Source of the DNA: Candidatus Cloacimonadales bacterium
GTDB lineage: Bacteria; Cloacimonadota; Cloacimonadia; Cloacimonadales; DAONDQ01
Length of the DNA: 64,000 nucleotides
NCBI GenBank assembly: GCA_963662275.1
Contig: OY759316.1
Coordinates: forward strand, 2,624,001-2,688,000
Direction: 5' to 3'
Shown here piece after piece: positions 10,187-19,157 of this stretch (the first letter of the stretch is position 1; each line of letters opens with the position of its first letter). Under the pieces are notes generated by a model that worked only from the letters and a program-made list of their open reading frames with translations, searched no databases and was not told the origin of the DNA. The translations under genes and the position numbers were made by a program.

Positions 10187-11431
10187 CTACCACTTACCCA
10201 TGATCTGTTTCGATAACAACAGATTCAATTGTTCTTTTGTTTTTAATAAAGTATAGTAATCTGCATTAGTAGATAACTTGGCGTTTAAGTCATTTACCTG
10301 TGCCTGGTCCAAATCAAGAAGACTGATCAGACCTAATCTGTATTTTTCTTCAGCAATTCTTAAATTCTCGTTAGCCTGGTCTTTTTTTCTTAACTGCAAA
10401 TGATAGGAACCTGTTAAATACTGAAGATTGCGCTGGATAGTATAGTAATTTGATTTAACTTGAACTTTAGCATCCTTCAGGTTAATTTCTGAGAGTTTTA
10501 AAGTATTAGAGTAACGGTGGTAATCTTCCCCATGCCTGAAGATATTCCATAATGAATAACTCGCTGTTATAGAAATCGTATATTGTTTTCTTAACTGGGT
10601 TGTATTCGCAGGATCTCTTAAGTTTGATTCACTGGAAACACTAGCAGTTAGTGTCGGAAGATAATTGATTTTCTGCTGGTTCAAAGAAAGTTTATCCCTT
10701 TTTATCTGCTCATTCACAAGCCTGACTGTCAGGGGAGAAATATCCTTATCCAATGGCGTGATAACATTATTCAATGTATCGACGATTGGTAAACTCAGGA
10801 TAGGTTCTGCGAATTCATATCCCTTATCTTCGACCATGAGTTGAGTGAAGAAAGCTTGTCTTTGATTATTTAGCATATTCTGGGCATTCTGAAGGTCAAT
10901 TTGCGCATTGATACGGTTAATATCTGCCTGGTTTAAATCATAGGAAGATTTCCTTCCCTGTTCACATTGAATCTTAGTATTTAAATAAATTCTTTCCTGT
11001 AAAGCAACATTAGCCTGTTGGATTTCAATTGTCTTGATAGCAGAAAGAATATCCAGGTAGGCAGCGAAGATATCATACACTAATTGCTTTTTGGATTGTT
11101 CATAACCTAGTTTTGTGCTCTTCTCATCTAACTTGGATTGCCTATAATTAAATACTGATGGGTCATTCAATGCCAATGACTTTGATAAGGATAAATTACT
11201 TCTACTTGAAGAAGTATTTCTCTGGTATGATTGAGTATAACTCACATCAGCATCAGGAAGGGCATTATAAAGTGCAGATCTTACTGCTGCATGGGAATTA
11301 TCAACCTCAATCGCTTTTGTTTTCATTACCGTGGCATTTTTTAATCCTGCTTCTATCATTTGATCGAGCGAATACTCCTGTGCCCAGAGCAAACCACCAA
11401 GCATTGTTAAAAGTATTAGATATCTTTTCAT
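10187..11431 (-). CDS. TolC-family outer membrane protein
   Basis: Signal peptide, two OEP-type repeats (LPxLT...; YRLGLISLLDL), adjacent to MFP. Confidence 0.85.
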   Translation of the reverse strand: MKRYLILLTMLGGLLWAQEYSLDQMIEAGLKNATVMKTKAIEVDNSHAAVRSALYNALPDADVSYTQSYQRNTSSSRSNLSLSKSLALNDPSVFNYRQSKLDEKSTKLGYEQSKKQLVYDIFAAYLDILSAIKTIEIQQANVALQERIYLNTKIQCEQGRKSSYDLNQADINRINAQIDLQNAQNMLNNQRQAFFTQLMVEDKGYEFAEPILSLPIVDTLNNVITPLDKDISPLTVRLVNEQIKRDKLSLNQQKINYLPTLTASVSSESNLRDPANTTQLRKQYTISITASYSLWNIFRHGEDYHRYSNTLKLSEINLKDAKVQVKSNYYTIQRNLQYLTGSYHLQLRKKDQANENLRIAEEKYRLGLISLLDLDQAQVNDLNAKLSTNADYYTLLKTKEQLNLLLSKQIMGKW

Positions 11432-11684
11432 TTGATCCTCATTCTTTATTCACACGTATTATTAGAACCTGTTACGCATTATATTTCTTTGACAAGGCAA
11501 TTACTGTGAGCTAGATTTCAAGTCAAAGAATATTTTTGATTGCTTTTGCAAGATTTCCATTGAAGTTCTTGACAAAGAACTGGCAACAGAAGATTGAAAT
11601 CGATGGATTAAATATCAGTGATGGATAATCTGTCATATTATGTCCATAATATATGGTATTAATGCAGACACCTTAAGGAGAATT

Positions 11685-14600
11685 ATGAGATACTTTGAAA
11701 ATGTCATAAAGCGAAACCGCTCTCGTTTCAATACAACCATCATTATCAGGTTTTGCTTATTTGCATTTATCATTCTGTCGTTCTTTTTCTCATTATTTAT
11801 CACCTTGTTCCATTTTATTACGAATCATAATCCTGAACTTTTCATTGTCTCATCATCCATAAAAATACTCATCCTGATTACGATCGTTTATTTGTTTCTA
11901 TCATTTAAAAAGAAATTAATCCATTTACGCAAATCCGCCCTTTATCTTGATACATATAATCAAGATAAAGCAGACACATATCAAAATGCATTCGAATTAC
12001 TACATGAAGATCAGTATTTTGATTCTCATATTTTAGAACGTATTTACGCAAAAGCTGATGCTATTGCCATCCAGCAGAACCAGCCTGGATTCAAGATTAT
12101 TCCATCAGCTCTGGTCTTTCCCCTAATCGCATGTTTTCTTGGCATATTAATCCTGGTATCTTTTCAATTCAATCAAATTATACCAGCAATGTCCTATTTC
12201 AAGACAATCACACCCCCCAAAGTCCTGCATAAAACTTATGTTGAATTGAAACCGGGAAATCTGACAATTGGTAAAAATCTTAACGTTACAATTGAAGTAT
12301 CGAATCCCGAACAGAATGTTGAACATCGTTTATTTTATAAATTGGATAAAGATTGGCGTGAAATAGCCCTACCCGCGTATCGGAAAACGTTTGAGAACCT
12401 GGATTATTCATTTACTTATTTTGTGAAAACACCGTATGCGACTTCAGATACATTTCAGATAAAAGTCATCGATATGCCAGCTTCCAAGCATATTCTTCTG
12501 CGGTATCATTACCCCGCCTATACGCAGTTAGCTGCTGAAACCGATAATCTCAGTAACGGGAATATTAAGGCTTTAGAGGGCACAGAAGTTTCCATTTATC
12601 TACAAGCTAATGTACCTTTGAAATCATCATCCATCAATTTTGGTGATGGTTCTTCTCTGCTCATGAAGCGAATTGATTCGACGAACTCAACAATATCCTT
12701 AACTATCCGTAAGTCGGATACTTACTATCTCAAATTGACTGATATGCTGGATCGAATTTCTGACCCAATCCCGAAGACGATCTCGATGTTGGAAGACTCA
12801 CCGCCGGAAATCAAATTTGTTTATCCGGGACAGGATACTCTCCTGACTCAAAACATGCTCCTGCCAATGCGTTTATTTGCTGCTGATGACTTTGGATTGC
12901 AAGACCTTGCTATTAAGTATAGTCTCAATAACGAGCCGGAAAAGACCATTCCCTTGAAAGATCGTTTTACCGATAAGATGATTAATTTCGACTATATCCT
13001 TGATCTTACCGGTGCTAATTTACTGCCTGGTGACGCTGTTACATATTATGCAGAGATTCGCGATAATTCTCTCAAACATCATGTTTCTCAAACAGCGAAA
13101 TTTAGAGCTAGATTCCCTTCCATCGAAGAAATCTATAAAGAGATTGAACAAGAAGAACAACAGAAAAAGGATGCTCTTCAAAATACTTATGAAAAGAGTA
13201 AGGATCTCCAAAAGGAATTGGAGCAAAAACGTCGGGAAATGATGAAAAAGGATAAAGTGGATTGGGAAGATAAAAAGGAATTGACTAATCTTGTAGAAAA
13301 ACAGGAAAAAATGAATAAACAAGTAGAAAACCTAGCACAAGATTATCAGAATCTCATAGAAAAACTCCAGAATAACCAGGCTGTTTCTCCAGAGACTTTG
13401 CAAAAAATGGAAAAGATAAAGGAATTGATGAAGGAAATTTCTAATGAACAACTCCAGCAGGCAATGGATAAAATGAAACAGGCAATGGATAAAATGGATC
13501 CGGATGTCTTGAAAAAAGCCATGGAAAATTTTAAGTTCTCTATGGATGATTTCACGCAAAAACTTGAGCAGACCATCAGTCTCCTGGAAAGCATTAAAAA
13601 GGAACAGGCTTTGGAAAAAGCGCTGCAAATCGCCCAGGAAATGGATAAACTCCAATCTGATGTAAATAAAAAGACGGAATCGACCAAGGAGCAAAACCAG
13701 GATCTTGCGAAAGCTCAAAAACAGATACGTGAAGAAATGCAATCTCTGAAAGATCAATTGGATAAATTCAATAAAATGCTGGATAGCAATAAAGATAAAT
13801 CTATGAAAGAACAGATGGCGCAGTTGCAGGAGCAAATGAAAAACGATGATATGGAACAGGATATGGAGCAAAGTGAACAATCTCTGCAAAAGAACCAGCG
13901 TTCAGAAGCCTCTAAAAGCCAAAAAACAGCTTCCCAGAAAATGAAGCGTATGCTCTCCAAGATGAGTGATATGAAAAGCATGATGTCAGGTAGCGGTATG
14001 CAGGAAATCACGGAAGCAATGCAGCGAACAATTCGTGAATTGCTCATCTTTTCACAGCAACAGGAAACTACAGCTTCAAAATATACGAATAATCCATATG
14101 CAATCCTCAAAGATGAAATTGCTATCTCTGAGGGAATCCGAATTGCTCTCGCAAAACTCTATTCCACTCCGCAGGTCTTAATGTTCTTAAGCCAGAAGTT
14201 CTTCATGGATGTAAATTTTATTCTCCAGTCCTTCAGATCGTTATTTTCTGATATCAATGACGCCACAACTGTCAAGATTCCCGAATACTTACCAAATATT
14301 CAGAAAGGTATGAACTTGACGATCTATGACCTGATGCAATCTGTAAACAATATGCAGCAACAGCAGGGACAAGGTGGAGCAGGAATGCAAAGCATGATGC
14401 AGATGATGCAGCAGATGGGGCAGGAACAGATGGCGATGAATATGTTGACTCAGTCGTTAATGCAGCAGATGGGACAAAATGGAAGAATGTCACAAGAACA
14501 AATGCAGCAAATGCAGAGATTAGGTGCTGACGAGCAAAGATTGGCGGATAATTTGAGACGTGCCTTACAAAATGACCCTGAAGCTCAGAAACAAGGAAGT

Positions 14601-14945
14601 TCACTGCAACAGATGGCTGATGAATTAGAATCCATTGCCCGGCAACTGCAATCCAATCGCATCGATCAGCAGCTTGTTGATCGCCAGGAACGTATTTTAT
14701 CGCGTCTTTTAGATGCGCAGAAATCCATTCATAAACGAGAATTCAGTAATAAACGACAAGCTGAGACGAACGCAAATCAGAATTGGCAGACCCCGGAAGA
14801 AATTAAACTTCGCTATGATGAAATGCGCAGGCACGCTCTTCAGCAGAATGACTTGAGTTCTTATCCTAAAGAATACCAGGAAGTTATACGCGAATATCTG
14901 AAACTGCTTAATGAAGATATGAATAAACAGGGAGAGAAGAAATGA
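11685..14945 (+). CDS. DUF4175-like membrane protein with Ig-like domains and long Q/M-rich coiled coil
   Basis: N-terminal TMs, YPAYT and DDFGL motifs, coiled-coil C-half ending YP.EY..VI..Y; start at the ATG after AAGGAG. Confidence 0.75.
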   Translation: MRYFENVIKRNRSRFNTTIIIRFCLFAFIILSFFFSLFITLFHFITNHNPELFIVSSSIKILILITIVYLFLSFKKKLIHLRKSALYLDTYNQDKADTYQNAFELLHEDQYFDSHILERIYAKADAIAIQQNQPGFKIIPSALVFPLIACFLGILILVSFQFNQIIPAMSYFKTITPPKVLHKTYVELKPGNLTIGKNLNVTIEVSNPEQNVEHRLFYKLDKDWREIALPAYRKTFENLDYSFTYFVKTPYATSDTFQIKVIDMPASKHILLRYHYPAYTQLAAETDNLSNGNIKALEGTEVSIYLQANVPLKSSSINFGDGSSLLMKRIDSTNSTISLTIRKSDTYYLKLTDMLDRISDPIPKTISMLEDSPPEIKFVYPGQDTLLTQNMLLPMRLFAADDFGLQDLAIKYSLNNEPEKTIPLKDRFTDKMINFDYILDLTGANLLPGDAVTYYAEIRDNSLKHHVSQTAKFRARFPSIEEIYKEIEQEEQQKKDALQNTYEKSKDLQKELEQKRREMMKKDKVDWEDKKELTNLVEKQEKMNKQVENLAQDYQNLIEKLQNNQAVSPETLQKMEKIKELMKEISNEQLQQAMDKMKQAMDKMDPDVLKKAMENFKFSMDDFTQKLEQTISLLESIKKEQALEKALQIAQEMDKLQSDVNKKTESTKEQNQDLAKAQKQIREEMQSLKDQLDKFNKMLDSNKDKSMKEQMAQLQEQMKNDDMEQDMEQSEQSLQKNQRSEASKSQKTASQKMKRMLSKMSDMKSMMSGSGMQEITEAMQRTIRELLIFSQQQETTASKYTNNPYAILKDEIAISEGIRIALAKLYSTPQVLMFLSQKFFMDVNFILQSFRSLFSDINDATTVKIPEYLPNIQKGMNLTIYDLMQSVNNMQQQQGQGGAGMQSMMQMMQQMGQEQMAMNMLTQSLMQQMGQNGRMSQEQMQQMQRLGADEQRLADNLRRALQNDPEAQKQGSSLQQMADELESIARQLQSNRIDQQLVDRQERILSRLLDAQKSIHKREFSNKRQAETNANQNWQTPEEIKLRYDEMRRHALQQNDLSSYPKEYQEVIREYLKLLNEDMNKQGEKK

Positions 14946-16681
14946 AGCGATTGATTTGTCTCTATCTCCTATTGTTTTTCATTTTAACCCTATTCGCACA
15001 ATTCAACGAAAAAGAAATCCTTTTCAAGCAAGCCCAGGATATGGTTCAAGCCCGTCGCTTTCAGCAAGCAGTTGCTATCTACCAGGACATGCTGATCAAA
15101 TATCCTGATGATTACACCGTTGTCCTGAACCTAATCAATACATACATACAGAGTTCTAGCATTGATAAAGCTTATGAACTCCTGAATACAAAAAAAGACA
15201 TCATGCCGTCAGATGTATTTTCTCAACAGAAAATCTATCTGTTAGTTCAAAAATCGAATTTTGAAGAAGCTTATAGATTCGCTCTTGATTATCTAGATAA
15301 GAATCATAATCAAGTAACTTTATACCGGACAGTTGCTTCTTATTTCGAAATGAAATCGCAGTTTGAAAAAGCGATACAGATCTATACCTTGGGGAGGCAG
15401 GTTAGCCATGATGAATCATTGAATTCTATGGAAGTTGCCAATGATCTATTTCAACTGCGTGACTATCGGAATGCGATTCCTGAGTACTTCAAACTATTAG
15501 CCAAAACACCATCCTATTCATATTACATTGCTAATCAACTGCAGTTTGTATTAAAAGACGATCCGAAGCAAATCAGCATAATTGCCAGGGAAGTTGATAA
15601 ATCTTCCATTCCGGAAGCTAAGGAAATCTATGCTCGGAGCCTGGTCATTGTAGGTAATTTTCAACAGGCATTGCAAATCTATCGTCAATTAGACCCGGAG
15701 AAACTAGTCTTGTTTGCTGATGAACAATATACTGCTAACCGAGATTCATTAGCTCTTATGGCATATAATGATGTATTGCCAAAAATCGCTGATCCTGCCA
15801 AAGCAGCAGATATATTAATCAGACAAGCACGTATCTACATTGTAACCGGCAATATTCAACTGGCTGAAACAAACTTGAATCTGGTTATCAATAACAAAAC
15901 CATTCAAACTAACCCAAATCGATATAAAACAAGATCAAACCGACAGGCACGTGAACTTATGGCTGAGTTGCTTATCCAAAAACAAGGTCCCAGCCAGCAG
16001 GTCATTTCCTATCTGAATGATGCGAAGCAATTTGCTTTTAATGCGGCAGAAGCCGATGAAGTCGAATTCGAAATTATCCAGTATCAAATCATGAATGGCT
16101 CATACGAGGATGCAAAAAATCGACTGGTGACAGTTCTCAAAAAAGAAGACTCGGGATCATTCATCTACAAGAGGGGTTATTATTATTCCTATCTGATTGC
16201 AACTATGCTAAATGACCCGGCTGCAGATTCTCTATTGAATGAATGTATCATTGCCACACCTGAAAACCAGAATACTAATGATGCTCTTTATCTTTCTTTT
16301 ATCATTTCGGGTTTAAAAGGAGCAAATCGGGAGTTATTCCTTCATGCCTACAGACTGCGCAAGCTGCACCAGGATTTACAGGCAATTGCTGTACTGGATA
16401 GTGTATATAATAGTACAAAAGATGAAGAAATTCGCATTCTGCTGGGAGATTGGGCATTACAATCCAGACAATACAAAATGGCGCTAGCAACTTTTTCATC
16501 TACGTTCAAGGATACAACTCTCAAAGAATATGCTGCCTTGCAATTAACGAAACTCGCTGAATCTAATCAAAATGAACAACAAAAGCTAACGATAGATTTC
16601 CTGAAAGGTAATCCGGATAGTGTCTTTTCACCCGAATTTAGGCAATTACTAAGCGTTCCTTCTGAATCCCCACCACAATAG
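14942..16681 (+). CDS. Exported TPR protein
   Basis: Signal peptide, multiple TPR-like helical repeats, 4-nt overlap with the upstream gene. Confidence 0.75.
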   Translation: MKRLICLYLLLFFILTLFAQFNEKEILFKQAQDMVQARRFQQAVAIYQDMLIKYPDDYTVVLNLINTYIQSSSIDKAYELLNTKKDIMPSDVFSQQKIYLLVQKSNFEEAYRFALDYLDKNHNQVTLYRTVASYFEMKSQFEKAIQIYTLGRQVSHDESLNSMEVANDLFQLRDYRNAIPEYFKLLAKTPSYSYYIANQLQFVLKDDPKQISIIAREVDKSSIPEAKEIYARSLVIVGNFQQALQIYRQLDPEKLVLFADEQYTANRDSLALMAYNDVLPKIADPAKAADILIRQARIYIVTGNIQLAETNLNLVINNKTIQTNPNRYKTRSNRQARELMAELLIQKQGPSQQVISYLNDAKQFAFNAAEADEVEFEIIQYQIMNGSYEDAKNRLVTVLKKEDSGSFIYKRGYYYSYLIATMLNDPAADSLLNECIIATPENQNTNDALYLSFIISGLKGANRELFLHAYRLRKLHQDLQAIAVLDSVYNSTKDEEIRILLGDWALQSRQYKMALATFSSTFKDTTLKEYAALQLTKLAESNQNEQQKLTIDFLKGNPDSVFSPEFRQLLSVPSESPPQ

Positions 16682-16740
16682 GCTTTTTAAATCGAATAGA
16701 TAAAGACAATCAAATCCAGTACAAAATTCACTTTCGTCCA

Positions 16741-16795
16741 GTAACTCCGCATTTACGCGGTTGTAGAGTAGCTCCGCTTTTACACGGTTGTAGAG
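16741..16795 (+). repeat. Tandem 27-bp REP-like units
   Basis: GTAACTCCGCATTTACGCGGTTGTAGA followed by GTAGCTCCGCTTTTACACGGTTGTAGA. Confidence 0.65.
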
Positions 16796-17093
16796 CTGGA
16801 TGCCGATCATGCTGTCTGCTATACAATCCGTAGGATGTAATTCTGCTAGCCCAGGAAGTCCTTCCTGGGTTGAGCGATGTAAGAGGAATAACCGCCTGCA
16901 GCTTGTGCTGCATGAGTCCATTAGGACGGCACTATTTGCCGTATTCTCCAATCACTTAATACATTCCTCATTATATATACCTGGTCAAAACCAAATTTAA
17001 ACAAATCCTAATCCTGTTTCATTCCAATTTCCCGAAACAGGATTGAAACTGGTATAATATACGTGGAATAATAGTGGACTTGAATTCGCAGAA

Positions 17094-17122
17094 GTAGAGA
17101 CGCCCAAGTTGGGCGTCTCTAC
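17094..17122. repeat. Perfect REP-like palindrome
   Basis: GTAGAGACGCCCAA-G-TTGGGCGTCTCTAC, 14-bp perfect arms. Confidence 0.8.
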
Positions 17123-17127
17123 AAGGG

Positions 17128-17155
17128 GAGGATAGACACATGGGTCTATCCCTAC
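17128..17155 (-). repeat. GTAG REP-like unit (copy 1)
   Basis: Minus strand GTAGGGATAGACCCATGTGTCTATCCTC; identical 28-mer at 52938-52965. Confidence 0.85.
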
Positions 17156-18798
17156 CTTACTACCGTTATCTTCTGTTTCTGCTGTGCTTCACCGCTGGTA
17201 AATACACACACATAAACCCCTGATGAAAGATCATTTAAATTGTAAATCGCAGAACCTGATTTGGCTTGTTCTGCATTCATAGTAAACGACTTGACTTTCT
17301 GTCCCCGGATATTATAAATTTCGAAGGTAGAAGCTCCCCCCTTGGGAAGGGGGGTAGGGGGGTCAACAGTGAATCTGATGTTAAGTTCAGAATCCCAAGA
17401 CTGCATCGGATTCGGATACAACTGCAGTTTGGAGATAGCAGGTGTATTTGTTTCATCAGCATTGGGTGTTGGGTCATCCAGTTGCGTGTTTCCGGCATAA
17501 ACAAATACACGACCAGGTGTAGGAAAAGCTGCATAATCAAAAGGTGCCGAAATGGCAGCATCGCAGCAACCATCTCCATTGTAATCGCCCATAGTCAGGC
17601 AGAAGCCATACATGTCAGTTTCCACATCAAGATATGGTGGTGTCAAATGCAGATCGGGACCTCCGTTCATGGGAACACCTCCTATCCACAGGTAGGCGTC
17701 TCCATAACCGCTAAACTGGGTGACACTGGTGCCCATCAGATCATCTGTGCCATTACCATTCACATCACCATGACCAAAACCATCACCACCAGCATCTCCG
17801 TTATAAGGTGGTGATATATTCACATAGTTTGTTCCATTAAAATCAGGTCCTCCAAAAACTAGTATGGCATTCGAACCCCTAAATGCGGTCACGATATCTG
17901 CATGACCATCACCATTTACGTCACCTGCTGGATAGGCGAAAGAATTCCTTAGATTTGAATCATCTGCGACCACTAAACTATCGCTATATATTCCTGATAA
18001 ATTGCCATAATAAAGAACAATCCTATGAGTTGGATTACTGTTTGAACCATATCCATATCCGAGATAAAAGTCATCTATACCATCTGCATTAACATCACTT
18101 ATTCCGCAGATATCAGCGTTATCCTGGACATTACTAATTTCATCAAATACTGTATTTAACATACCTCCACCATAGGTAATACCAATCTGGATCTGATATG
18201 GATAACCATGTCTAAGCGTAATATATCCGATATCAGCGAAACCATCGTGATTGATATCACCTAAACCACGAACGTGACAAAAGGTATTATCCCATTCCTC
18301 CCTCGGGAAAGTGAGTATATAATCGGGAACAGTATCGGGATTCGCACCGCCGTAAAAGACGCAGAGCTGGAGATTAAAAGCCTGGCTATTGGTTCCTTCA
18401 TACATCGATGCCCTGAATAATGTCAGGTCATCTATCCCATCACCATTCATATCGCCCGCATTGCACATGGAGTATGAAAGTCCATATTCTATCTCATGGT
18501 GACCGGTGATTTCCATTTCAGGCACATTATCAAAATTGGGACCGCCAAAATAAAAGTATAGTTTACCATATGGATATGGTGGATAAGAAGGTGTATAACC
18601 TCTGGGATCCCAATTAGGTGATGCAATAACTAAATCATCGTTGCCATCTCCATTCCAATCAAGAGTTGTCATGATTAATCCCATTCCGAAGAAATCATCT
18701 TCCCCTGTCATAGTGGTCATAATATCCATGTGGTTCAAGGCAGGGAGAATGCTGGTGAAAAGAAGAACAGCTAAAACAACTAAAATACCTTTATCCAT
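17152..18798 (-). CDS. Secreted FG-GAP repeat protein with T9SS-type/FlgD C-terminal sorting domain
   Basis: Signal peptide, repeated GD.NGDG..D motifs, C-terminal LYPNP...IYNIRGQKV...SSGVY. Confidence 0.88.
   Translation of the reverse strand: MDKGILVVLAVLLFTSILPALNHMDIMTTMTGEDDFFGMGLIMTTLDWNGDGNDDLVIASPNWDPRGYTPSYPPYPYGKLYFYFGGPNFDNVPEMEITGHHEIEYGLSYSMCNAGDMNGDGIDDLTLFRASMYEGTNSQAFNLQLCVFYGGANPDTVPDYILTFPREEWDNTFCHVRGLGDINHDGFADIGYITLRHGYPYQIQIGITYGGGMLNTVFDEISNVQDNADICGISDVNADGIDDFYLGYGYGSNSNPTHRIVLYYGNLSGIYSDSLVVADDSNLRNSFAYPAGDVNGDGHADIVTAFRGSNAILVFGGPDFNGTNYVNISPPYNGDAGGDGFGHGDVNGNGTDDLMGTSVTQFSGYGDAYLWIGGVPMNGGPDLHLTPPYLDVETDMYGFCLTMGDYNGDGCCDAAISAPFDYAAFPTPGRVFVYAGNTQLDDPTPNADETNTPAISKLQLYPNPMQSWDSELNIRFTVDPPTPLPKGGASTFEIYNIRGQKVKSFTMNAEQAKSGSAIYNLNDLSSGVYVCVFTSGEAQQKQKITVVR
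17327..17364 (-). repeat. 38-bp repeat in frame inside the CDS
   Basis: Reverse complement identical to intergenic 53341-53378. Confidence 0.9.
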
Positions 18799-18949
18799 TG
18801 GTACTCCTTATTTCTACAACCCACAGAATATAAAATATAATATTTATACGTAATTTTCATTCCATTGCTAGTTTTATCCAGTATCTTGCCGGATAGTATC
18901 CATTTTCTCTTTAGTCTATCACGTTTTTGTTAATTGCATAGCTGTTTCT

Positions 18950-18976
18950 GGGGCGCCATCTATCTGATGGTGCTAC
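18950..18976 (-). repeat. GTAG REP-like hairpin
   Basis: Minus strand GTAGCACCATC-AGATA-GATGGCGCCCC. Confidence 0.6.
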
Positions 18977-19039
18977 GTGCTCTTTTAGAGGACGTATTCT
19001 CTTCACCGGCATTTCGATGGGGAAAATCACCGGATGACG

Positions 19040-19150
19040 GATCATGTTAAAACATAATAACGGCTGAAGCAGTTGATCCAACGACTGAAGATCATGTTAA
19101 AACATAATAACTGCTGAAGCAGTTGATCCAACGACTGAAGTTGTTGCTAC
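19040..19150. repeat. 50-bp tandem duplication ending in a REP-like unit
   Basis: Two 50-bp copies with one mismatch, running into minus-strand GTAGCAACAACTTCAGTCGTTGG. Confidence 0.85.
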
Positions 19151-19157
19151 GGTGCTG

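Noticed and set aside
13000..14604. Several overlapping ORFs inside the DUF4175-like gene
   Set aside because: Shadow frames of low-complexity Q/E/K/M coiled-coil codons.
16649..17000. Short ORFs in the convergent intergenic gap
   Set aside because: They run through REP-like repeats, with no RBS or recognisable motif.
19040..19140. Possible CRISPR array
   Set aside because: Two contiguous 50-bp copies with no unique spacers and no cas genes.
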